The notes under the pieces are model-generated. The model made no database searches. It saw only the letters and a list, made by a program, of their open reading frames with translations, and had not been told where the DNA came from. A stretch of DNA of 58,787 nt, the filler included. It is 6 parts of 6 records of this genome, joined end to end, with 100 filler letters (N's around TTAATTAATTAA, not from the genome) between each part and the next. Parts side by side here need not be neighbours in the genome. Positions count along the whole stretch, not along the records: positions 27,587 to 35,952 come from SRR2962707_1526; positions 36,053 to 42,562 come from SRR2962707_1529; 4 more parts are not named here. One strand, given 5' to 3'. Positions 30,200-38,467 of the stretch are shown here, piece after piece. The translations under genes and the position numbers were made by a program. Positions within the stretch are counted from its first letter, which is position 1, and each line of letters starts with the position of its first letter.

Positions 30200-30229
30200 A
30201 AAGGCCGGCGGTTGACGCCGGCCTTTTTG
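30200..30229 (+). terminator. Rho-independent terminator
   Basis: AGGCCGGCG-GTTGA-CGCCGGCCT followed by a T-run. Confidence 0.85.
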
Positions 30230-30519
30230 TTTGCCTATCCTCCGCCATCTTTACGGAGGTTCCGCACCGAAATGATCTGAGAACTCGTCCCGGACGCTTG
30301 CCCCACACCCGTTCCACGCCCCGCGTGTGACCGGACTGTGCTGGTTGCGAAGGTTGATGAGTTCGGCAGATCCGGTGTCCTGACGGCCTGACACCGGCCT
30401 CCATTTTTCCTCGCATCCCCGACGTCCCTTCCAAATCCGCTTTATCGCGTGGCTTGCCGCGCACCGTTCTGCTTTCAGCCAGCCCGCGCATTCACACGCC
30501 GGGCGGGAAAGGATGTCTT

Positions 30520-30693
30520 ATGCCCAAAAACCAGTTCCAGCGCCCTCTGCCGGTCAGGCACACCCACAACGTGCCACGCCACGGCGCCCCCCTTCCGCAG
30601 CGTAAGCCAGAGGTCAGGCGCACTCCCTCGACCAAGGAGCCATCGCCTGTCCCCACGCTCGAGGACCTGCTCAAGCAGGGTCCGCGCACCTGA
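30520..30693 (+). CDS. Small basic Pro-rich hypothetical protein (57 aa)
   Basis: GAAAGGA RBS; followed by an 11-bp-stem hairpin shared with the convergent TetR gene. Confidence 0.5.
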   Translation: MPKNQFQRPLPVRHTHNVPRHGAPLPQRKPEVRRTPSTKEPSPVPTLEDLLKQGPRT

Positions 30694-30702
30694 GCGAAAC
30701 CC

Positions 30703-30731
30703 GCCGATCCCGGCTTCTCACCGGGATCGGC
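30703..30731. terminator. Hairpin between convergent genes
   Basis: GCCGATCCCGG-N7-CCGGGATCGGC. Confidence 0.55.
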
Positions 30732-31328
30732 TCACTGCGGCTCTCGCAACAACCCTTCGACCAGCCGGCGGTACGCAGCCGTCGCGCGGGCTGAAATGGC
30801 CTGCGGATCCTCGGCATTGGCAATCCAGGTCGCCGCATAGCAGGAGGCCCCGGTGAGCATGCGGGCCGTCGCTTCAAGGTCGACATCCCGGATCACACCA
30901 TCTTCAGCCAACTCCGCCAGGCACTCCTTCATCGCCGTCATGCAGCCATTGGTTGTCGGCCAGCTTGCCGGATCACCGAGCACAGCCGGGCCATCGCGCA
31001 GGACGATACGGCGGACTTCCGGCTCCAGCGCCATCTCGATGTAGCCGATCCCCTCTTCTATGAAGCCTTCCCAGGGCGTCGCCATTTTAGCCGCACGCGC
31101 CTTGAGCCGCACGGTCATCTCTGCGTCGATCTGGGCGATCACCGCCTCGAACAGGCCGCGCTTGTCGCCGAAATGGTGGTAGAGCGCACCGCGCGTCAGC
31201 CCAACCTTCCCGGTAAAATCATCCATTGATGCATCGGCATAGCCGATCTCGCCAAAAGCCTTGCGCCCCGCCGCCAGCAGCTTTGCGCGTGTCTCGGCGA
31301 TCATCTCGCCTCTGGTCCTGACAGCCAT
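30732..31328 (-). CDS. TetR/AcrR family regulator
   Basis: HTH GLTRGALYHHFGDK; divergent from the MFS gene. Confidence 0.92.
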   Translation of the reverse strand: MAVRTRGEMIAETRAKLLAAGRKAFGEIGYADASMDDFTGKVGLTRGALYHHFGDKRGLFEAVIAQIDAEMTVRLKARAAKMATPWEGFIEEGIGYIEMALEPEVRRIVLRDGPAVLGDPASWPTTNGCMTAMKECLAELAEDGVIRDVDLEATARMLTGASCYAATWIANAEDPQAISARATAAYRRLVEGLLREPQ

Positions 31329-31342
31329 TCAAACCTCAAACG

Positions 31343-31409
31343 CATACGCCTCGTATGCCAATTGACATACGTCACGCATGATAATACCAACTTACATACG
31401 CCGCGTATA
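31343..31409. promoter_or_regulatory. Three palindromic operators CATACG-N3-CGTATG (likely TetR sites)
   Basis: Copies at 31343-31357, 31366-31380 and 31395-31409; the second overlaps TTGACA (31362-31367). Confidence 0.75.
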
Positions 31410-31453
31410 AGTATCCACTAGGTCGCGGCTTATCAAATGTCGAGGATTTTGAC

Positions 31454-32671
31454 ATGCCCAACCCCTATTCGGAAATTTTTCGCGCGCCCGGCGCCAAGGG
31501 TTTCGCCGCCGCTGGTTTCCTGGCCCGCATGCCCATGGCCATGGCGCCCATCGGCATCGTCGCTATGCTGTCCCAGGCCCATGGTGAATATTGGCTCGCC
31601 GGGGCCGTTTCGGCGACCTACGCCCTGACCAACGCTCTGCTCGCCCCACAAATCTCTCGTCTGGTCGACCGCCTCGGTCAGACCCGGGTCCTGCTGCCCA
31701 CCACAATCATTGCCGTTGTCGCATTCTCCCTGCTCATGCTCGCCGTCAACCAGGGTTGGCCGATCTGGACGCTCTATGTCACAGCCTTCCTGGCGGCGCT
31801 CATGCCCAGCTTCCCGGCCATGATTCGCGCCCGCTGGAGCGAATTGTTCCGTGACCGGCCCGAGCTCAACACGGCTTTCGCCTTCGAATCGGCCGCCGAC
31901 GAGCTGGTCTATATCGCCGGCGCCTCCCTCTCAGTCGGCCTCAGCGTTGCGCTCTTTCCCGAAGCCGGCATGCTGGCCAGCACGGCCGCCCTGGCCATCG
32001 GCGGACTTTTCTTCATTGCCCAACGCGGCACCGAACCAACGCCCTCGGCAATTTCGGACGCCACATCCGGCTCCGCTATTCGCCAGCGCCCCGTGCAGAT
32101 CGTCACCCTGGCCCTGATCTTTGTCGGCACCATCTTCGCCACCGCCGAAGTCAGCGCCGTCGCGATCACCGAGGCCCTCGGCGAACCGGGCGCGGCCAGC
32201 CTGGTGATCGGCGTCTATGCCGCCGGATCATTCGTCGTCGGCCTTATCATGGGAGCCATGACCATCCGCATGCCCATGCAGCGCCAATTGGCCATCGCCG
32301 TGGGCACGGTGGCCATCACCACCATACCGCTGCTCTTTGCCGATACGGTCGTTCTGCTCGCCTTTGCGGTCTTTGCCAGCGGCATCGCCATATCGCCCAC
32401 CTTCATCACCGCTTTCGGCCTGATCGAGCGGCGCGTTCCGGCCGCCCTCCTCACCGAGGGTATCACCTGGGTCATCACGGGCATCGGTATCGGCATGGCG
32501 CTCGGCGCCTTCTTGGCCGGATGGGTCGTGGACACCTATGGCGCCCCTAATGGCTTCTGGGTCTCCCTCATTGCCGGCTTCCTGGCGCTGGCCACTGTAC
32601 TTCTGGGACAGCGTCAATTGGGCGGCACAGTGCCCAGGAGCGGCGCCCCGTCGCCGCAACCCGCCCAATAG
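31454..32671 (+). CDS. MFS transporter
   Basis: About 12 TM helices; motif A SRLVDRLGQTR. Confidence 0.9.
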   Translation: MPNPYSEIFRAPGAKGFAAAGFLARMPMAMAPIGIVAMLSQAHGEYWLAGAVSATYALTNALLAPQISRLVDRLGQTRVLLPTTIIAVVAFSLLMLAVNQGWPIWTLYVTAFLAALMPSFPAMIRARWSELFRDRPELNTAFAFESAADELVYIAGASLSVGLSVALFPEAGMLASTAALAIGGLFFIAQRGTEPTPSAISDATSGSAIRQRPVQIVTLALIFVGTIFATAEVSAVAITEALGEPGAASLVIGVYAAGSFVVGLIMGAMTIRMPMQRQLAIAVGTVAITTIPLLFADTVVLLAFAVFASGIAISPTFITAFGLIERRVPAALLTEGITWVITGIGIGMALGAFLAGWVVDTYGAPNGFWVSLIAGFLALATVLLGQRQLGGTVPRSGAPSPQPAQ

Positions 32672-32783
32672 CGCGACATCGTCCAGAGCCGGTGCAAGGC
32701 CTCCTAGAGACCGCGCCGGCTTTGCACCAGTCTTGCCGCATTTGCCCGTTAACGAATTGTCAAACGACAAGGAGACAGGCCAA

Positions 32784-33194
32784 ATGGGCGCCATCCATGA
32801 AATCGTCTTTGATTGTGTTGAACCAGCCATCCTGGCCCCCTTCTGGGCCGGCCTGCTCGAGGGCTACGCCCTGCGCGAGACCGAGACGGACCCGGCCGCG
32901 AGCCAGGTCCTGGGCCTTGACCCCAATGTCCCTACCATCCTCAGCCTGGACGGCCCCGGCCCCTCGATCTGCTTCCAGAATGTCGATGGCCAGCGCCCGG
33001 ACAATAATCGCGTCCATTTCGACGTAGAGGTCGAGGATCGGGTTGCTGAAGTGGAGCGCCTGAAATCGGCGGGCGCCTCCGTCGACCGCGTTCTGCCCAC
33101 CTATACGGTCATGCGCGATCCCGAGGGCAATCAGTTCTGCCTGATCGACAAGCGCCAGCAACAATTGGCCGGAGAGGTTGAGCAGGCTGCCTGA
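32784..33194 (+). CDS. VOC/glyoxalase-like protein
   Basis: IVFDC..P..LA.FW, NRVHFD and MRDPEGNQFC; AGGAG RBS. Confidence 0.85.
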   Translation: MGAIHEIVFDCVEPAILAPFWAGLLEGYALRETETDPAASQVLGLDPNVPTILSLDGPGPSICFQNVDGQRPDNNRVHFDVEVEDRVAEVERLKSAGASVDRVLPTYTVMRDPEGNQFCLIDKRQQQLAGEVEQAA

Positions 33195-33196
33195 GT

Positions 33197-33215
33197 GCTG
33201 ACATAGCCTGTCAGC
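33197..33215. promoter_or_regulatory. Palindrome GCTGACA-N5-TGTCAGC upstream of the GFA gene
   Basis: Perfect 7-bp arms about 45 nt before the start codon. Confidence 0.5.
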
Positions 33216-33258
33216 GCCCGGCGCCATCCTTCTCGCATTCGCCAGAAGGAGCGCATCC

Positions 33259-33660
33259 ATGACCCTCACACTGTCCTGCCATTGCGGCGCCATCCGCATC
33301 GCTCTGCCCGAGCACCCCGCCCATGGCAGCCAATGCAATTGCACCTATTGTGCGCGCACGGGCGCCGTCTGGTCCTATTATGCGCCCGGAGAACTCACAT
33401 TCCTCTCGCGCACCGGCGAGCGCATGTATTCAACCAGTCCGGACATGCATCAGCACTATTTCTGCGGCACCTGCGGCATGCAGACCTGGGGAGAATCCCC
33501 CGACTGGTCGTCTCTCTACAACGACGACGGCACGCCCAAGGGTGACGATCCCAATGCCATTCCGACCACGCGCAAGCAGGCGGTCAATTTGCGCCTCGTC
33601 GATGAGCTCGACTGGTCCAGGATCGAGGTAGCCCAACTGGACGGGCGGAGCGGCTGGTAG
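33259..33660 (+). CDS. GFA/CENP-V (Mss4-like) family protein
   Basis: CHCG, CNCTYC and FCGTCG zinc ligands. Confidence 0.88.
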   Translation: MTLTLSCHCGAIRIALPEHPAHGSQCNCTYCARTGAVWSYYAPGELTFLSRTGERMYSTSPDMHQHYFCGTCGMQTWGESPDWSSLYNDDGTPKGDDPNAIPTTRKQAVNLRLVDELDWSRIEVAQLDGRSGW

Positions 33661-33703
33661 AGGGGACGGCGCTGTCCCACATGGGACCAGCGCCGGAACG
33701 CAT

Positions 33704-34237
33704 TTAATGCCCCTCAAACGCCATCAGTGACGAGACGACAATACCCTCGGCCCGCAGTTTTTCGGCACCGCCGATTTCAGGCAGGTCGATCACGAAGGCG
33801 GCGTCATCACAAACCGCCCCGGTGCGCCGGAGCAGGCTGACCGCAGCGATAGCCGTGCCGCCGGTGGCAATCAGATCGTCCACCAGCAACACCTTGTGCT
33901 CCGGCCCCACCACATCGGCATGGATTTCAATGGTGTCGACGCCATATTCGAGCGCATAATTCTGCCCGATGGTCTCGCCCGGCAACTTGCCCTTCTTGCG
34001 GATCGGCACGAAGCCCGCGCCCAGCGCAATCGCCACGCCCGCGCCGAAAATGAATCCGCGCGCTTCGATCCCGGCCACATGGGTAATCCCCTTGCCGCGA
34101 TAGTTGGCGGCAATCCGCTCCACGCTCTCGCGAAACCCTTCAGGATGCTCGATCAGCGTGGTGATATCGCGGAACAGGATACCCTTTTTGGGATAGTCCG
34201 GGATCGTACGGACGAGCGACTTCAGGTCGAGCGACAT
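33704..34237 (-). CDS. apt: Adenine phosphoribosyltransferase
   Basis: GIEARGF, RKKGKLP, YALEYG and VDDLIATGGT. Confidence 0.96.
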   Translation of the reverse strand: MSLDLKSLVRTIPDYPKKGILFRDITTLIEHPEGFRESVERIAANYRGKGITHVAGIEARGFIFGAGVAIALGAGFVPIRKKGKLPGETIGQNYALEYGVDTIEIHADVVGPEHKVLLVDDLIATGGTAIAAVSLLRRTGAVCDDAAFVIDLPEIGGAEKLRAEGIVVSSLMAFEGH

Positions 34238-34265
34238 CAATGGCCTTGTCGGTTGGAATGGAAAG

Positions 34266-34460
34266 TCAGGTCTTGTTGCGGCCCAGCACGTGCCGGGCAA
34301 TGACACCCGCATTATAGGCCACATTGCGCGTGGTGCTGATCGCCGTCTCACGCGCTTTGGGATTGTTGACCACGGCCTGCACGCCAGCGCGGACAGCCGG
34401 ATGGCGGCTGACGGCTATTGCAGTGCTGACCATTGTGACGGCAAGGCGAACGGCGGACAT
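34266..34460 (-). CDS. Small hypothetical protein (64 aa)
   Basis: AAGGA RBS; fills the gap between the pet terminator and apt, co-oriented with both. Confidence 0.55.
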   Translation of the reverse strand: MSAVRLAVTMVSTAIAVSRHPAVRAGVQAVVNNPKARETAISTTRNVAYNAGVIARHVLGRNKT

Positions 34461-34565
34461 CGCGGTTTCCTTAAACAACCCGGACTTTTCGCAATATCGC
34501 GACTGAGCGGTGCAAAGGCAAGAGGCGGTCTGCCGCGGCAAGAGCAATTCATTGCGACGAGGCAC

Positions 34566-34593
34566 AAAAGCAAAGGGGCCCTTCCGGGCCCCT
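34566..34593 (-). terminator. Rho-independent terminator of the pet operon
   Basis: AGGGGCCC-TTCC-GGGCCCCT with a T-rich tail on the minus strand. Confidence 0.75.
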
Positions 34594-34692
34594 CCTAAGC
34601 TTCAGTACATGCCCTGCGAGCGTAGCTCTCCGGGCCTGGCCCACTCAAGACTCCCCACCGGGGAGTTTGGCGGCGCGACGCGCCGCCGTGGG

Positions 34693-35547
34693 TCAGTGCT
34701 CGATGCCGGCCCAGAGCTTGCGCTTGGTGGCATACATCAGGCCTGCAAACAGCACCAGGAACAGCAGCACCACGAAACCGGTCTGCTTGCGGCTGACCAG
34801 GTGGGGCTCGGCCATCCACATCATGAAGGCGGACACGTCGGTCGAATACTGCTCGACAGTCTCAGGGACGGTCACGCCATCTTCGCCCGGCTCATAGGTC
34901 ACCGACCCTTCGGCCAGCGGCGGGGCCATGCCGATGGCGTGGCCGGGGAAGTAGTCATTGTAATATTTGCCTTCGGCCAGTTCGAAACCTTCGGGCGCGG
35001 TCTCGGGCACTTCGTCGTGATAGCCATTGAGCAGCGCATGAATATAGTCAGCCCCGCCTTCCTGGTAGCCGGTGAAGTAGTTGAACACCCAGGTCGGGAA
35101 CGGATCGGTCACGCCACGGGCCTTGGCCAGCACCGAGAAGTCGGGTGGCAATGCGCCGCCATTGGCATCACGGGCTTCCTGGTCATTGGCAAACGGCGAC
35201 GGCCAGCGGTCTGCGGCAACAGCCGGGCGGCGACCGCCCTCGGCTGTCTCGTCCTCAACCTGATATTCGGCCGCAAGCGCCTTGACCTGCTCTTCCGAGA
35301 AGCTGGGGCCACCCGGTTCGCTCAGGTTGCGGAAAGCCATCAGATTGGCACTGTGGCAGCTGGCACAGACTTCACGGAACACCTGGAAGCCACGCTGCAG
35401 CTGGTGCTCGTCATAGGTACCGAAGATACCGGCAAAGCTCCAGTTCTGGCGCTCGATAGGCGCACCAGCTTCGGCAGCCTGGGCCGAAACGGTAGTCAAA
35501 CCAACCATGGCGGCGACAGCGGCGATGATGAACTTGGTCTTGAACAT
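34693..35547 (-). CDS. petC: Cytochrome c1
   Basis: Signal peptide, LQRGFQV, CASCH, PPDFS, IGMAPPL and a C-terminal TM. Confidence 0.96.
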   Translation of the reverse strand: MFKTKFIIAAVAAMVGLTTVSAQAAEAGAPIERQNWSFAGIFGTYDEHQLQRGFQVFREVCASCHSANLMAFRNLSEPGGPSFSEEQVKALAAEYQVEDETAEGGRRPAVAADRWPSPFANDQEARDANGGALPPDFSVLAKARGVTDPFPTWVFNYFTGYQEGGADYIHALLNGYHDEVPETAPEGFELAEGKYYNDYFPGHAIGMAPPLAEGSVTYEPGEDGVTVPETVEQYSTDVSAFMMWMAEPHLVSRKQTGFVVLLFLVLFAGLMYATKRKLWAGIEH

Positions 35548-35561
35548 GTCTATCGCCCCGA

Positions 35562-35952
35562 TCACGCGTGTGCCTTGCCGAGAACGCTCTCGGAAATGCT
35601 GGTCGGCAGCGGCTTGGGCGTCTCGATGCGCGAGAGCACCGGCAGCACCACCAGGAAGTAGATGAAGTAGTAGGCCGTGCAGACCTTGGCCAGCACCGTG
35701 TAGATGCCCTCGGCCGGCTGCGCACCCAGATATGTCAGGGCCACGAAGTTGATCGCGAACAGCCAGTAGAACCACTTGAACATCGGGCGGAACGTGCCCG
35801 AGCGGACCTTGGATGTATCGAGCCACGGCACGACCAGCAGCATCACCAGCGCGCCGCCCATGGCGATCACGCCGCCAAGCTTTGAGTCGATGAACAGCAC
35901 GTTGAAGTCGATGGCGCGCAGGATCGTGTAGAACGGCAGCAGATACCATTCG
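35562..35952 (-). CDS. petB: Cytochrome b, 3' part (truncated by contig end)
   Basis: Frame open to the contig edge, reading [14 protein letters not shown]...KLGGV...[10 protein letters not shown]. Confidence 0.95.
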
Positions 35953-36052
35953 NNNNNNNNNNNNNNNNNNNNNNNNNNNNNNNNNNNNNNNNNNNNTTAA
36001 TTAATTAANNNNNNNNNNNNNNNNNNNNNNNNNNNNNNNNNNNNNNNNNNNN
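35953..36052. other. Artificial contig linker
   Basis: 44 N + TTAATTAATTAA + 44 N. Confidence 0.99.
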
Positions 36053-36073
36053 AACAACAACAACAACAACAAC
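36053..36073. repeat. (AAC)7 microsatellite at contig edge
   Basis: Directly visible; a likely cause of the assembly break. Confidence 0.85.
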
Positions 36074-36074
36074 G

Positions 36075-38188
36075 ATGACGATGATGATGAATGCGGACGA
36101 TCTTCGCCGGGCGCGAGAGGTGCGGCAGCAGCTGCTGGACCACGGGTGCCGGGACGCAGCTGACATCTCGGACGCAGAGCTCCTGCAGCTCATTGTGAAC
36201 GACCCTGAAGAGTTTCCGGAAGGGCTGGACGCTTTCAACGACACCTCTTCGATGTCGGCGGCGGCGTCCCTGGGTGCAGCAGAGGAGGAAGCTGTGGACA
36301 GCAGTGTCGCCGATCAACAGCCACCGCCGCTCCCAGCAGCAACTGCGACAGTAGCAGCGAATGACCACTACGGTCACAACATCCCAGCTGCAGCCTCGAA
36401 AGAATCTCAATACAAACTGCCAGCAGCAGCAGCAGCCGCAGCAGCTCAATCGAGCGAGATGTCGGCAGATACCAGTTCGTTTGTGGCGACAATGGCGGAG
36501 ATGGAGCGGGCGGAGGCGGCCGAGCAGGAGCTGCTGCTTCGTCGTTTCGCAGGGGCGGGGCCTGTGGGCGGATTCTTGGACGACGACGAGGAGGAGGAAG
36601 AGCTGTTCGGCACTGCGCCCCGTGTGACTGATATGGACGGGGACGGTGCATCTCACAGCTCGGTGTCTGCCTTCGCGTCTGCGGTTGCGGATGTCGCCTT
36701 CTCTCGCCACACGGTGTCGGCCAGTCTGCTTTTTGAGGACAATGAAGAATCTTTCGGGGACCAAAGTGCCATCGAAGAACCTCCAGACGCGTCGCCACTT
36801 CGCCTGCCGCTTCGCTCGGTGGAGCGCGTTCAAGCCCGGTCTAAGGCCTTCAATGGTTTTGATGCTCCCGCCTCAAGCGGCGTGGTTGCTTTTGACGCCC
36901 CAGCGTCCGCAGCGGATGGCCTCGACGCGAGCGCTAGAACGAACTTGAGCACCACTTCCGCTGCTGAGGTCCTGAACGCCTCAGCGAGTTTCCGCCGTCG
37001 AAGAGGCGGCAAAACAAGAGGAGGGGCGCGGCGCGTTGCACCCAGCGCCGTCGGCGTTGACGACAAGTCCCCGGTGCCGCAAGAACCTCTCTCGGTATCT
37101 GCACACTCAAATGACGAGGCGTACACGCTGTCCGACCATGTGTCAACGCCGGTTCCGCACCCGCATGCTCTTGGTGTTACATCGCACGTAACTCCAGAAG
37201 AACGCCAAGTTTACCAGAACCAAATGCATCGAGAACCGCGCCAGCGCTTGTGGGGCGCCAAGGCGGTGGCTGCAGGCAACAGCGTGAGTCCCGCCATGGA
37301 TAAGATTGTCCGAGTTGCTGGCGAAGGTGGCACCAGTCAAAGTGGCCGATCTCGAATCATTCAGGGGCGGGCTCTGAGGTACGCAACGGATGACGAAGAT
37401 ATCACCAAAAATGATCAAGTGACCTGGGACGATGTGGGTTACGTTGGAAGTGAAGAAGGTGACCAGAGTCACGCGCATCGGCCCCTGTACCATGCATCGC
37501 CGCCTTCCAAAAACAGGAGCTTCCTCTGCGCCAAGGTTGGTAATTCTGATGGTTGAAGGTGAACCGAATAACTGAAAAAAATGCTCCGCACCTATGCTCG
37601 AATCATCGTTTCACCACTGACCTTGTGTTTCGTTGCCTGCCGCTCTGGCGCTTTCCCCGCTGCCACCTTCCCAGTCAACAGTGTTGACCGAAGAAAAGAA
37701 GAAGAAGCGAACGTATGTCTTGAACCGGGGTGCAAACCGCACTTTCAAGAAGACTGACCCCGTGGCCCGCTTTCATGCCATGAATCGCACGTGGAGGAAA
37801 GACAAGTTTCTTCGTGGTTCTGCAAAGCGTGCGAAAAGCAAAACGAATGTACGTTTCTGCGGGTCGTATGTTTCTGCTGCCGCCAGTGTTGAGGTGTTTT
37901 TTTTTTCATAACGCTAGCATTTGTTGCGTGTGGTTTCCACAGGTGGCGTCGTTGTCTGCCCCGTCTCCGACTGCATCCCCTGCGCCTAAGCGCTTGCCGC
38001 CTAGCAGCGCGCGAAAAGCTGTCGATTCGTCTGCCTTTGGATACGGGTTTGCGTCTCCACTTCGTAACTTCAGCAGCACACCATACAAACAGCGTCCCAT
38101 CAAAGTCAATGACTACGTTGTGCCAACATCAAAGAAGAGGGATGCCCTCCGCTGGAATGTGCGCGCACGGATGATGGATGTCTCCTAG
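36075..38188 (+). CDS. HYLS1: Eukaryotic spliced gene, HYLS1-like centriole/cilia protein (exons 36075-37535, 37675-37848, 37943-38188; about 626 aa)
   Basis: Two phase-0 GT-AG introns join three ORFs in frame. The product carries KKTDPVARFH..W and NDYVVPTSKKRDALRWNVR, matching the HYLS1 C-terminal box as I recall it. Confidence 0.72.
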
Positions 38189-38467
38189 ATGCCTGCACCG
38201 CATCAAGAAGCAGGGTTAGTTTTGTCAAGTTTTATTTTTATTTTGATTGATTATTTTATATAAAAGTGTCGCACAGCCAAACGCAGGTCTGTGCGCATAT
38301 GCGTATTTGGCGGCACGCTGTGATCTCGGCGCCCTGCGGTTATCGCCCATCCACACGTTTTGACAAAAACATGAATGGCATGGAGACAGCCAGTAACTCC
38401 CTGCCGCACGACGATGATACTTGCGGCGGCGGGGGCAATATCGTTCAGAAATGAAAGACGAGTTCAC

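Noticed and set aside
29418-30491. 357-aa antisense ORF over terC, and similar shadow ORFs over RND, kinase and petC
   Set aside because: Expected from high-GC codon bias opposite real genes.
35548-35949. Apparent 134-aa N-terminal extension of cytochrome c1
   Set aside because: It is an alternative frame of petB; petC has its own signal peptide from 35547.
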